NCBI GenBank assembly: GCA_051942205.1
Contig: JAVECO010000017.1
Coordinates: 62,001 to 126,000 of the forward strand
Origin: Coniocarpon cinnabarinum
Taxonomy: Eukaryota
Length of the DNA: 64,000 nt
Direction of reading: 5' to 3'
Made by a program: the position numbers and the translations under genes
The notes under the pieces: model-generated
Seen by the model: only the letters and a program-made list of their open reading frames with translations
Database searches by the model: none
Told to the model about the DNA's origin: nothing
Part shown: positions 23,478-35,193 of the stretch, piece by piece
Layout: the number at the start of each line of letters is the position of its first letter
Position numbering within the stretch: position 1 is the stretch's first letter

Positions 23478-26400
23478 TTAAAGACCCTCACCCATCTGCT
23501 CGCTGTCACTGAGCATGACATTGTGAACCAGCGGCTCAGCTTCACCCTGCTCCAAGCCTCCATGCTCAATATGCGTCACCGTTCCACCCCAGTTTATGTC
23601 GTCATCGTCAAAATCCCGCATCTTGTCGTCACGATCACTGCCCGCACCAGCCTGATCAGAAGCAGTGCCATCACCATTCAAGATATCGCTGCCCTCGTTG
23701 GCGCCGTTGATGCTATTGCTGGGTGCCGAGGCACCTTCGCCGAGGCCTTCAAACGCCCACGTCGGATTCATGTAGGTCGATCGAGCCGATGACTGTGCTT
23801 CAATGCTGGGTAATGGGTTGTCGATTTCGTCGTCTTCCTCCATACCCAGGCCTTCATCAACAGGCGGTTGAGCATAAGCGCTGGCGCCACCCAACATGCC
23901 AGTGCCACTAACACCGGTCGTTCTAGCTTGTGTTCTTGGGACGATACCAGAACCTGTGCTGTTGTTGCCTGACATGTCACGTTCATCGCGCTCGCTCTCA
24001 GATGACGAGGAAGACGACTCCTCAATCCGGGCTTTGGCGATATATTCCTGGAGTTTTGGCGACCCGAGAGGTTTCTCAGAACGGCGCCGGTAAAACAATA
24101 GATAGGCAGAACGTGACACGGCGGACTGTGCGCTGGCTCTGCTGACAAAAGAGTCATTATACTCATACCAATCGCCATCGATGAAGTTCTTCGCATGCGC
24201 GGTGTAATGACCTCCACCTAGTCCGCCCATGTGGTTGTCGACAGCAAACAGATCATACGTGAGATCCTTACCATGAGTAGCACCCACGCGACCATTCAAG
24301 TTCAGTCCTTCGGTAGGAAAATCGACAAGGACGTCCACCTTATCTCTGCCGAAACGACCTCCAGAACCGAATCTTTTGAGATGGACTACCAGAATATCGG
24401 GAACGGACCAGAGCTCGAGAGTCTTGGTTGCCCGTCGCATTTCTTTGCAGCGATTGCAATACCAAGCGTTATCCTCTGATAAGACCTCACTCTTGGCGCT
24501 TTCGTCGAAACAATCATCCAAAGCCACACCAGCTTTTCTCCGGGCTGAGCGACGCTCTCGCTTCTTATCCAGCTCAGGATCCGCTACTGTAGGAACCTCC
24601 AAGTCAGTTCTTTGACCTCGAAAGTCGTCCGCACTATCCCCGCCGAATAATTGTTCGAAACCATCTTGATTAAAGTCAAGCACGAGTAACTCGCCCAGTT
24701 TCAGGACATAGTCCTCGCTTCGGGACTTCGATCTTCTCATGTTCTTGCCAAAACTTTTAAATTTCTCGCGTATATTATGCGGTTTGGCAGCCTTGTGGGA
24801 TGACGATAATCCTTCTCCCGGCGACATGTCGGCTTCGTCCTCTGAGTCTGGTCGAGATTGTGCGCCCAGCTCATGCGTGTTGTATTGACTCTGCGCCAGA
24901 TCATCTTCACTGGCACTCTCACTTCCGGCATCCTCATTACGATCCAGGACATTGTGCCTTGCACCAACACTGCTTGCGCGAGACGATGTAGAAAGCCTCT
25001 GTTGAGGTGCTCTTGACATGCGGTCATCTAGCTTGGGATATCTCGTGTAATCATTAATGTTAGAGTACCCAGCTGGCACAACAGTATTGCCAGTGTAAAC
25101 ACACAGGTCGAAAATGTTGCGGAATTCATTGTCGATGAAGTAAGATGTGTCAAGAAGCTTTGATCTTCTTTTCGGAGCGCTTGGAATATTAGTAGTGGAT
25201 TGAGTATGGTCTTGAGCCTTGTTAAGGGATACGTCCACGAAATCATCCTCGCCCTCTGATGTGCGCACTTCGACCCTACTATCTTCAGGCTTCTTGCTGT
25301 CCGTGTCGTCTGCATTTGCGCCCTGTTTGTCACCAGATGGACTAATAGAAAGGTCCGAGTCATCGCACAACTCTCGAGTCGTCATTGTTTCAAGCTTGGC
25401 GAGAACCTTACGAAAGACCAGATCGGAATCTTTCGCTTCTTCCCGAGTGATTAAAACGAAGAAAGGATGCAATGATGTATGCGGATACCGGTTGCCCTTA
25501 CACAGACGCGTGATGACCGGCACAGCCATTCTATCCGCGTGAGGTGATGTCATGGCTGGCGGAGAGTCTGGTGAAGAAACATGGAGGGCCGAGAGGAACC
25601 GCTTGGGTTTCTTTTTGTCCAGAGGCGGCCAATTGGTAGGCGAGTCATCCAACTCGTATACATTGATCCTGTCGCCTGTTTGCAGATTCTCCGAGAACAT
25701 GTCATTGTCCGACAGCAGACGGAAGAATTTGTTGTTGTACTCCTCCGCCATCACAAGATTTTCAGGTTTCACATTATCAACTCGTAAAGTACAATACTCT
25801 TTCACCGCCTTGACTGATGCATTCTTGTCAATGTCGAGGGAGATGAATCGTGGCGAGTCTCTCAATGGGAAGAACATAAGTTTCATTTGCAGTGTATTTT
25901 CAATCGGGAGTTGAAGTGTCACCTGAGAGAAAGGATCAAAAGTAATGCTGACCTTATTGCAGTCTGGACAAACAAGCGTATTCTTATACCATCCATTGAA
26001 GAGATCAATAACCACCGATTCATTACGCTTTCGGAAGTTGTCTTGATATTGCTCGCCTAATTCTCGGATCTTTTCAGCATTGCCTACGGTTTCGTCCTTC
26101 GAATCGGGGTTTTCGATGTAAGGCTTCTTTAGAATCTGGTTGAGATCTTCATGCAATCCATCGAGCAAGGCATTAACAAATTCTTGGGAATCCTGTTGTC
26201 CATATCCCTGGAATGTTGGATAATGCCTGCTGATGGCGGCTTTGAACACGCGTGGTGCGAAACCAGAATCAGTGTTGTATAGGCTGTTAATCAAACCGCC
26301 ATACGCTTTCGCAACTTGTCCATTGCTACCGAGCGGATTGTCATAATTGATTTCATCCAAGTACGCTTGCTGGAGGAAGTACTCTGTGAGTTCTTCAACA

Positions 26401-27821
26401 CTTCGTAGACATTGAAGTGCCGAGTTCATGTAGCACGTGTTGCCGAGATTGGCAAGACCAACTGTGCCTCTGGATCGCGTTTTCTTCCTCGTTCGCCCTC
26501 TTGCTGGGGGCGGAATCGATGGTCGCTGGGATGGCTTGTTCCCTGAAGACGTCTTTGATGGACCTTGACCACTATCGCTGGAAGCCGCCGTAGAACCGGT
26601 GATTCGGCTAGGCGCGCTCTCATCTTGAGGCCGGCCTTTATCAAGTTTCGATGCGCGTGGTTGCTCTTGAAGTACGATGGTCTGGACTTGATTAAAACCG
26701 ATAGAAGCGACAAGAATACTGCCATTGTATTTCTCATTCATAGTCTCATCGTTCAGATTGAGTTCCTCGCGCCGTACGCCATCAGGCATTGACTCTAGCA
26801 GACTCTGTGGAAGCACCAATCTCAAGCTACCAGCCGCTGGCGCCGCTTGAGGGGCTGGAGAGGGGCCGCGGGACGGCTCAGGAGTTGGCATAGCATTTGG
26901 CTCGGGTTCAAGTATTTTCCACGCTCGCACCTTGATCTCTAGGTCTATCCCAGCGGCCTGCTTGACGCGTTTGAGGAAGTCTTGATACTTCTCTGACCGA
27001 CTGACGACCATACGCACTGCCATCTTGCCAGAATCGCCGATACTCTCAAGACCTCTTTCCTGTTTCAAGACGACTTTCTGAACAGTGACAATTGGAGGAT
27101 AGAGTTCATATTGGTAGTTAGGAATATCGCCATCCGGATCCGTGTTTCGAGCAATTCTTGTAAGAGGGGGTGCTTCTTCAGCAAGACCGTACCAGTCCAT
27201 GACGAGGTCCCATGCTTCCCGAGGCATGAACTCATAATCTTCTCCAGCTTGTAATCCAGTTTTCAGAGGCACGACATGATTTCCAAAACCGTCCTGGAGA
27301 TTTTGTAAATCAGATGAGGCCGACGAAGGTATGAGCACACGCGTATCAATGGGACCAATGTCACCTTCTCTTGCCTCTTTGCTGAATTCAAGGCTTTCAC
27401 GACCTTCTGTCGTTCGGGATCGGAGGCGATTGAGCCACACCATAGGCACTAGGAACGTCTTGGTACCATCAAGCATCTCCTGGTCTTGTATGAGCGGTAT
27501 GACCTTCTGTACCTGCTCATCAATAGAGGGCGTCCCACCAGCCAAACCACTCGCACCCTGTCCGTCAACGCCGAGCGGAGAAGGCTTCGTGCGATTTGGC
27601 AGTGGCGAGACATAGGGCGCCGACGAAGACTTATTTTGGGACATGGTCTGACGTGTTGAACTCTGCTGATCGTCTTCTAATTCCGATGCAGACCGCTTCG
27701 CGGGAGAAGAAGGCCGCACAGCTCCATCGATAGTCATACCTCGCATGTCCGATGCTCCCACGGAATCGCGAGAAGCGTCGCTACCGAATGTCTGATCGTA
27801 GCCTTCGCTCGACCCGCTCAT
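23478..27821 (-). CDS. UBP12: Ubiquitin carboxyl-terminal hydrolase 12 (DUSP plus split USP domain); the true start may be further upstream
   Basis: Cys box GLANLGNTCYMNSALQCL, QQDSQEF, His box NHMGGLGGGHYTA, YNDS; N-terminal DUSP domain. Confidence 0.95.
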   Translation of the reverse strand: MSGSSEGYDQTFGSDASRDSVGASDMRGMTIDGAVRPSSPAKRSASELEDDQQSSTRQTMSQNKSSSAPYVSPLPNRTKPSPLGVDGQGASGLAGGTPSIDEQVQKVIPLIQDQEMLDGTKTFLVPMVWLNRLRSRTTEGRESLEFSKEAREGDIGPIDTRVLIPSSASSDLQNLQDGFGNHVVPLKTGLQAGEDYEFMPREAWDLVMDWYGLAEEAPPLTRIARNTDPDGDIPNYQYELYPPIVTVQKVVLKQERGLESIGDSGKMAVRMVVSRSEKYQDFLKRVKQAAGIDLEIKVRAWKILEPEPNAMPTPEPSRGPSPAPQAAPAAGSLRLVLPQSLLESMPDGVRREELNLNDETMNEKYNGSILVASIGFNQVQTIVLQEQPRASKLDKGRPQDESAPSRITGSTAASSDSGQGPSKTSSGNKPSQRPSIPPPARGRTRKKTRSRGTVGLANLGNTCYMNSALQCLRSVEELTEYFLQQAYLDEINYDNPLGSNGQVAKAYGGLINSLYNTDSGFAPRVFKAAISRHYPTFQGYGQQDSQEFVNALLDGLHEDLNQILKKPYIENPDSKDETVGNAEKIRELGEQYQDNFRKRNESVVIDLFNGWYKNTLVCPDCNKVSITFDPFSQVTLQLPIENTLQMKLMFFPLRDSPRFISLDIDKNASVKAVKEYCTLRVDNVKPENLVMAEEYNNKFFRLLSDNDMFSENLQTGDRINVYELDDSPTNWPPLDKKKPKRFLSALHVSSPDSPPAMTSPHADRMAVPVITRLCKGNRYPHTSLHPFFVLITREEAKDSDLVFRKVLAKLETMTTRELCDDSDLSISPSGDKQGANADDTDSKKPEDSRVEVRTSEGEDDFVDVSLNKAQDHTQSTTNIPSAPKRRSKLLDTSYFIDNEFRNIFDLCVYTGNTVVPAGYSNINDYTRYPKLDDRMSRAPQQRLSTSSRASSVGARHNVLDRNEDAGSESASEDDLAQSQYNTHELGAQSRPDSEDEADMSPGEGLSSSHKAAKPHNIREKFKSFGKNMRRSKSRSEDYVLKLGELLVLDFNQDGFEQLFGGDSADDFRGQRTDLEVPTVADPELDKKRERRSARRKAGVALDDCFDESAKSEVLSEDNAWYCNRCKEMRRATKTLELWSVPDILVVHLKRFGSGGRFGRDKVDVLVDFPTEGLNLNGRVGATHGKDLTYDLFAVDNHMGGLGGGHYTAHAKNFIDGDWYEYNDSFVSRASAQSAVSRSAYLLFYRRRSEKPLGSPKLQEYIAKARIEESSSSSSESERDERDMSGNNSTGSGIVPRTQARTTGVSGTGMLGGASAYAQPPVDEGLGMEEDDEIDNPLPSIEAQSSARSTYMNPTWAFEGLGEGASAPSNSINGANEGSDILNGDGTASDQAGAGSDRDDKMRDFDDDDINWGGTVTHIEHGGLEQGEAEPLVHNVMLSDSEQMGEGL

Positions 27822-29196
27822 ATTTTTGACATGTAAGTTGCTACGCTGGACGGCTGGCGAACCCTCTCGGGCAAATGTTGGTGATCGATGAGTAGGGCTT
27901 CGTGATAGATTTACTTCGTGATGAAGATGCTGTGGTAGAAAGCGAGGAGTGGACGGAGAAGATCCACCCGCGCTGTAAGGCGAAGGAGACGGAGGCTGGG
28001 AGTACAGAGGACTGGCTAAGGCTTGCTCGCTCTCATCGGCGAAGATCTCACCGTGAAAGTGTGCGTTGGATGATGAAGATCCGCAGCGTCCATACGTGAT
28101 TTTACGTTTCTTGGATTGAGACGTCTGTGCAAATAAGGATCAGAGGATACGTCAAGAAAATGGGACGGTCGGGTGGGCTATGAAGATTGTTCGAGGAAGG
28201 CGTCACGGAAACGGAGGATATTGAGGCCCTCCAGAAGACGCAACGATGTTCCCCGTCATGCGTGTTTGAAGTCGCTACGCACCTTGCGGAGAGCTGCCTG
28301 CGAGAGGCAGCTCCGGCTGTGCAATGCTGAAGATTGCGTCAAAAGTTGGAACGAAGTTGTGAGAGCGGAGCCGAGAGGGTGGAGGCGGTTCAAGGCGCAA
28401 GACAAATCCGGATGCCGATACTAATAGGTGTCAAGAAGGCTTGATGATGCGACAAGGGATAGTTCCGACGCCTCTGAACTCGTCAAAGATTCTAGAAAGC
28501 TCTGCGTGATGCTACAAAGGCAGCGGATCGTCTTAGCTGAGCAGAAAGTGTGCACCTGCGCCTGCTGGCTTGCGGCGCGTCACTAGCCCAACAGACAAGT
28601 AAGAAATACAAGTGCACAAGACGAGAGGCTGGCGGGCAAGACTCGTCCGCATTTGGTATGTGCGTATTGAGCCCGGTTCAATATCACGTGACATTCCCCC
28701 TCCTCTCTTCCCACTCTCCTTGCTCTGCCAACTCTCCCCAGGCTGTAAGACAAGTCGAGGAGAGCAGGAGCGCAGTCCACTTTGGAAATATTTTGTCCTA
28801 CGTTCATAACGAGTACCAAGAGTATGACATATCGTCATGCTGTATTTGTCTGGATACACATCCGTGCAAAAGTGGTAGATCACCAGGAACGAGAGGACAA
28901 CGAATAAGATGATGAGCACCTGGCTAGAATATGTGAAGACTGAATCACACATCAGGTAAGAGGGATGTTGAGCGAAGGCTTAGAAGCAGTTTGATGTTGT
29001 CGAAATGAGAGTCTGATAACAGGATGCGTTCTCGAATGACGTGCCTGATGATGTGGTTGAGACGTGTCTTGTTGTAAGCCTGCTCACACAAGTACGGGCA
29101 GCCACATCACCGGACCAAATCAGCCCTCCAAATTCCCTCATGGAGTAACTCGGTCCCTCCTCCCACACCACACTCACACCACGTACCCATCCAAAC

Positions 29197-30757
29197 TCAA
29201 TCACCCCCTCTCGGACTCTCCCTCCTCAACCTAGCCCCCTCCTTCAACTCCTCCCACCGCTGCCGATACCGTCCCACAACGCCCTTGAGTTTCTCATTCT
29301 CCTTTCCCAACCGCTCACACTCCCCTTCCAACTTCTTGACCTTCTCCTCCAACTCCTTTAACTTGGCCTCGTCCACCTTCCCCCTTCCCTTCTCACTACT
29401 ACCTTCACCGCGCCGATTTCGCTGCTTCTCAAGTCTCACACTCGCTTGCAATTCTTGTGTCTGCCTCTGACTGGACGTCTGCCACATGTATAATTTCTTG
29501 CTGTATTCGTTTATCACGCCCTTGAGTGTCGAGTTTTCAGTTTCCAGCTCCTCAAACGTTTTACCTAGTTTAGGACTCTTTGCGGTGCTGGCGCCATGAC
29601 GATGTGAGGATTTCGAAGGATGTTCTGGTGCATCGACGAAGGCGTCGTGAGATGTGGTGGTATCTTCGTGAGAAAGAGACGCACGCGCGCGTCGCTCTTC
29701 GTGCGAAAGCATTTTCGCGTAGGATATCGTGCCACCGGACGTAGGGACGATTGTGAAGGAATCTTGAAGCGGAATCGTGGGAGGTGCTTGTGGGGTGTCT
29801 TGGACTGCAGCGAGTGCGGCACGTGAGAAGATGTGGGTGAGGTCGGGAGTGGTGGAGGTGATGGGGGAGGTCTTTGGGTCTGGGTGGTGTGGCGTTGTTC
29901 GAGGAGGCGTTTGTTTCTGTGATGCTTGAGACGGGATCTTTGTGGAAGAGGGCTGATCAGTTGAGGAGGACTGCTGTGTTAGGGGGAGACCAGCGTAGGC
30001 AAGGGGAGCAGAGAGGGCTGAGAAAATGCCTTCGACGGAGGAGTAAAATTTGTTAAAGGCATAGTCTGATGGCGCTGGCGTTGTTGAGGCTTTCTCCGCG
30101 GTTGCATTTGGGTCAGTAGCGGGTGAAGAGAGGCCCTGTTGGTTTGACACTTTGCGTGATACTTGTTCAGGTGAGGGGGGACTTCGTTCATTGGACATGT
30201 TCTTTCTCAATGATACCCGCGCAGACTGATGATCTGCATTTGACGCTTCCTGGCTGAGGCCCGAGGTCCGTTGCTGTAAAGATGGAATGCCACGTGCGGT
30301 CGCAAGGTTGCTGGCGATAGACGTACGCATATCACGTGATGTCTGTCTCTGCGTTGGGGGAGACGACGTCCTCGCTACGTCTTTGGGTTTCATTCCATCG
30401 TCTCGCTGCTGACCCTTTCCAGGTGTCTTCTCGTCTTTGTTTACCGTGATGACAGCAGCGGCATCCTCAGCGGCAAGACGTGGTCGATCAGCCGCCGACT
30501 TCACGATTGTCGATAGCTGTTTATGCTGTTGCTCGAGTAATCTCAGAATGCGAAGTGCCTCGAAGTCTTCAGTGCCTGACGCCGCTTTCGCATACTGCGT
30601 CGCGGCATCTTCATGATGGCGTCGGGCTTCTGTCGAGTCTTTGGCGGAGGCAAATGCTGAGCGACTTGCTTGATGTGCCTTGCAAGTTGTGTTGGCCCTT
30701 ACTGCTCGTCCTTTTGTGCTTTTTTGTACTCACATTCACTAAAGACGAGGCTTCCAT
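29197..30757 (-). CDS. MIT-like N-terminus plus C-terminal coiled-coil protein, probable Atg38/NRBF2 homolog
   Basis: Exon 1 30734-30757, intron 30679-30733; MEASSLVNAHQASRSA...HEDAATQYAKAA...EALRILRLLEQQH; DSFTIV motif; C-terminal ENEKLKGVVGRYRQRWEELK. Confidence 0.8.
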
Positions 30758-31282
30758 TGATATTGAGAGCGTGTGAGGACTCGTGTGTATTCGACACTTT
30801 ACTTTATGTAGCTTCTGATTCCATGCGCCGCCGCCATTCACTCGCAAAGTTTGATCGGTCACGCGACTGAAGTTGAGTAACATATCACGTGACACATGGC
30901 GACAAATAGCTACAATGTCGCAGACTCCTTGCAGCAGCAGCAGCAGCCCGTCTATCAAGGCAGCTGACACTTGTCAAGCTGCATTCTGGCAGAATCTGGG
31001 AAGAGTTTTATGATGGACCATGTCTTCGTGAGTCTCTTTGATGATGTCTAACGAGGATGCAGCTATTCCTGGCTTCGAGCATCAATGCGTTCGGCGAGAT
31101 GCAACCCAGCAGATCATGTCAAGCATCGTCCTAGCCTCCTCGGCTAAGTCTTGATCTATATATGCTCATCCAAAGCTGAGGGACCTTCTCCAAGTCATGT
31201 GCAGCTCATAAATGATCTCAGACGCACTCTGACGATGCAAACCCCTCAACAGCATCCTCACCGAGCCATACTGTCCCCTACC

Positions 31283-31960
31283 TCACACAAACGTGACATC
31301 CCCAAAGAACGGCGTCTCATGAAAGTTACTCTCATTCGTCGGGTTCCACGCCCCTAGAAGTTGGGTCGGAAACGTATCCGGACTCACTACCGTCCTAAAA
31401 AAGTTCATGCGCCACTGCGTTCCCTGTGCAGTTCCATTATCGACATTGAAAATGCCCAAAGGAATCGTCGCGTCCGAGACCCAGAGTTGCTTGTCCCGCT
31501 GCAACGTCGTGTTGGCCGCAAAGCCCCAGTCGGTCGGGTCCGTGATGTACGCTCCGCCGAAGAAGGCACCCGGTGCGCGCACTTTGGATGGATTGTAAAT
31601 GAAAGAGGTGAATGTGACGTTGATGGGATTGATTTCGAACTCGAGGTAGCTCTCTGGGTCCTTGGTGCCTTGGTAGATGAAGGCTTCCATGACTTCGTAC
31701 TCGTAGATGGCATCATTGGTGGTTTGCGAGGCATTATAGTAGAAGTTGGTCTCGTTGTAGGCCGTGAAGGTGATGTGGATGCTTGTGTCGTCGTAGCAGA
31801 GGTCGGCCTGGGTGAGGGGGAAGGCGTTGCGGTCGGGGTCGGTGAGGTTGTATTGGAGCGTTCCTTTGGCGGGACAGGCGGGAACGTCGAGGGATGGGCG
31901 GGGTGGAGACTGTGCGAGGGTGAGAATAGGCAGGGCGATGAACAGCGTGGAAAGATGCAT
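31283..31960 (-). CDS. Secreted carbohydrate-binding family 9-like (DOMON-like) protein
   Basis: Signal peptide MHLSTLFIALPILTLA; YEYEVMEAFI, YLEFEINP, WRMNFFR, NFHETPFFG; several N-glycosylation sequons. Confidence 0.85.
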   Translation of the reverse strand: MHLSTLFIALPILTLAQSPPRPSLDVPACPAKGTLQYNLTDPDRNAFPLTQADLCYDDTSIHITFTAYNETNFYYNASQTTNDAIYEYEVMEAFIYQGTKDPESYLEFEINPINVTFTSFIYNPSKVRAPGAFFGGAYITDPTDWGFAANTTLQRDKQLWVSDATIPLGIFNVDNGTAQGTQWRMNFFRTVVSPDTFPTQLLGAWNPTNESNFHETPFFGDVTFV

Positions 31961-32602
31961 CGTGGAGGTTCTGGCGACGTGGGTGAATGAGTTGAGACGT
32001 ACGACGAGCTACAAGGGAAGGTGGAGGGCCTGATGGAGTTTTATGTACGTATATTTCCAGCAGTGCCTCGTAGTCAGTATGCAGATACAACGACAGACGT
32101 CACCCAATGTCCGCATTGCTACTGTGCTTTTCACCATCCCTCACGTGGCATGGTCGGCTGCTGATAGCGCATCCTGGGGGCTTGTTGGTATGTGCGAGTC
32201 ATGCGTTCCAATGTCAGACCTTCACTTTGGGTGGTCAAGGCATTCGCAGAATCGGCTACATCCGGCTGATGGATTTAGCTTCGCGATGTTGGCGTAGCTC
32301 ATGTTTGCGGGGGTAGCAATGCAGGGAAATCATCCTCCGTGGCTTACTAACAACCAGCACGAACTGTCAGCTTGAGACAAGGCACCTACGTTGAAAGCTT
32401 GACGAGGGAATGACTGCCTTGGGTGATTTGTCCATAGTATTGCGACAAATTGTGTTACTGAGAAAAGCCACACGGTGTGGCGACTTTCAGGAATTTCTTC
32501 GAGATGGAGCCTTTCCTTTTCCGGCTCAGCTTGTCCAAATGGAAGTCTTCCATCACACTCCTGCATTCACCTCCCACGTAGTCTCTTGATCTCTTGTCAA
32601 TT

Positions 32603-33535
32603 TTATTCGTAGCCTGTCAGGACCGTCGGCCCCCAAGGCAGGTGTGACGTGCATGTCTTTCTACATGCTGGGCACGTCAAAGCCTTCTTGCTTGTATGAA
32701 CGTCCTCGATGCCCGCCGCAGCCGCGCAAAGCACAAATTGAAGGCCGCAGTGCCGACACTTCCACTCCGTATCCATGCGAGACGCAGCTGTCTGGAACTC
32801 TGCCGTGCGCATGAGAAGATCATTGGCAAGTCCGGGCGCCGCTGCCAGCGTAATGCGAATGATTGGGTTATTGAGGACGAACTCGTCGTAGCTGAACAAT
32901 ATGAGCTCGATCACTACATCGCGCAACTCACGGGCGTCCTCAGGGGTACCTGAGAACACGATTGGAGCCACTTCGAAGATGTCGACAGCGTTCTGATGGT
33001 AGGAGTCCCAGGCCTTGGCCTCGGCCTCTTCGCCGTCCCTAGGCTCCTGACCCGGTGGCAGCGTCTTTTGGTATACGTATCGCAATATACCCATGTCAAA
33101 TTCAAGCGCGTCATTGAGACCGAGTAGCTCCCGGAATTGTCGCGCAGCCGCATCTGCAAAATGGTCCAGTTGAAAGTAATGACCTGCAGTAAAACAGTGG
33201 GCATAGAAGGTCGCAGCGTTCTCGACTCCATGGATGTTACAACCGTGTGTTTCAAAAGAGACTGATATCCCATAACAACTCTGAATCACTGCTTCGACTA
33301 ACGCGGGGCCGAAGCCCGTCTCACTCACATCAACACTGTTTTCCGCATTCTCCAGGTATCGTTCGCCGTTGAAAAGTGCGCTGAACCAGCCGGCGCAATG
33401 AGCAAGGTAGTGACGGTGACAACTAAAACTTCGATCTTTGCACTTGATGGTGAAGTCTACACCTCGTTGAGAGTAATACAGGTCCGAGAGGCTCTGAAGT
33501 GCGTGACTGGCTAGATAGCCGTGCTTGAGGTTCAT
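32603..33535 (-). CDS. BTB/POZ domain protein
   Basis: DFTIKCKDRSFSCHRHYLAHCAGWFSALFNGERYLE; C-terminal CRHC...CPAC; single exon. Confidence 0.85.
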   Translation of the reverse strand: MNLKHGYLASHALQSLSDLYYSQRGVDFTIKCKDRSFSCHRHYLAHCAGWFSALFNGERYLENAENSVDVSETGFGPALVEAVIQSCYGISVSFETHGCNIHGVENAATFYAHCFTAGHYFQLDHFADAAARQFRELLGLNDALEFDMGILRYVYQKTLPPGQEPRDGEEAEAKAWDSYHQNAVDIFEVAPIVFSGTPEDARELRDVVIELILFSYDEFVLNNPIIRITLAAAPGLANDLLMRTAEFQTAASRMDTEWKCRHCGLQFVLCAAAAGIEDVHTSKKALTCPACRKTCTSHLPWGPTVLTGYE

Positions 33536-35193
33536 CGTAAGGTTTATAGCTCCTGGGTGGATTCAAAGAACGCAAAAAAGACTCAAGTCAGTATGAGTTG
33601 TCGACTATGTCCTTTTGGGGAGCGAAAGGCGAAAGAGTGATGGTGCAAAACACGTGTAGAGAGGTGGATGCTGCAAGATGCGGTGTGCAGGATAAGTAGC
33701 ACACAGGGAAGTCGCAGCGTGTAAGTTCTACGCCCAGCTCAGCGCATTGATCATTCAACCATTACCGCATTTACCACGAGGATTGCATAGCGTCTTGCTG
33801 GGGAAGGCGATTTGATCGGATGCGCAGCGTCAAGATTAGAATGGGACGTTTATCGAGAGGAGAGGACTGGTTCGCTCCCATGCAGCATACAAAAGCGCCG
33901 CAGGGCGCCTTCCAAGTTGCCATTAAAGACAGCTGACCGAGCTGCCCTCGTCACTACCTGCGTCGCTGCCGCACGTTTAACTCTACATAAGTCTCCTCAG
34001 AGCATTTGTTTGTCAACAGCTCGGATAGAACCCCCCTCAGCTAGTGTATAATTCCGCCTAATACTTAACCCCAAATGCTCTCTATCAGCTTTTACACCTG
34101 AGTTTCGATCAAAGAATAGGCTCCGGATAGCCGAGACAGACCTTCTTTTCCATCACTGACTATCAGAATCCCAGACGCACTGTACTCCACCCAAATGTTA
34201 AAATGATCGAACAAACTTCCACATCGCATTCTCGATAAGACCTAGCCAGGAAAAGCAGCTAGCAGGTCCTACAAAATAAAGAGTGACGAACAAAATGTTA
34301 ATAGGCTGCTAGTAACGTTGGTGAAATCGGAAACCGCGTTATCTTCTCGACGAGAAGAGTATGTGGCAAAGCCCCACGGAGAATCATGTGAGCACCGAAG
34401 CCAAGCATCCAGCTCATCCCCGGATTTCGAAATCGATCATTGCTTCTCCGTAGCCCCTGCGAAGCTCTAAGTAATGGGACCAGAGGCGTTTCCCCAGAGA
34501 ATTGTATCTGTTCTCAGAACACAGACTAAGGGGCAGCTTCTGCGTGCAGTGGAATATTCCATACATGTGGTCAGCCCAGCAACTCGGATTCTTCAACCAG
34601 GTCTTCAGGGGTGGAAATCGCTTTGAGCGCTCGCAATACATCGTATTGGGAAATAAGAAATAGAAGAATGCTGTGCGCTGGCAGTGCTTTGTGAGGAACA
34701 ATTACCACAAGAGTTACGGATTCATACTGGCACGTGACCTAACACAAGAAAATGATTACGAAAGCACCAAAAGAAAAAAGCGCGTATGTAGATTCTGGGA
34801 TGACGACGAATACTGATTGAATTATTGGGTATCTAGCGATTGATCACATGCTCGTTGTTTTGTCAGAGTCCATATATAGTGGGGTATATCCAAGCGCTTC
34901 ATTCTTCGTAGACATCAAGGTCATCAACTCATTAAAAAGCCAGAAGTGAAAGGTAATGCAGATAGCAAAACACGTCCAGCGCGTCACATCTCATGCAGCT
35001 GATACGCTGCTTAGTGGCTTGCGCCGCTTGTGTATTGATCGTAGCTCATGAGTAGGAGTGTGATCGAGTGAGAATGCCACCGATGGCATATATCGTAGCG
35101 TGAAAGGAAAAATCGTAAACAGTAGTTTGAGCGTACTCCAAGGTAAGTCCAAGATCGTATGAGTGGAAGCGTTGAGAGCGTAGGGGTATTGAC

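Noticed and set aside
34020..34135. Minus-strand copy of the repeat family (GAGCCT...AACTCAGG...GAATTAT)
   Set aside because: Spacing differs by about 12 nt and the GGC anchor is missing; not supportable by eye.
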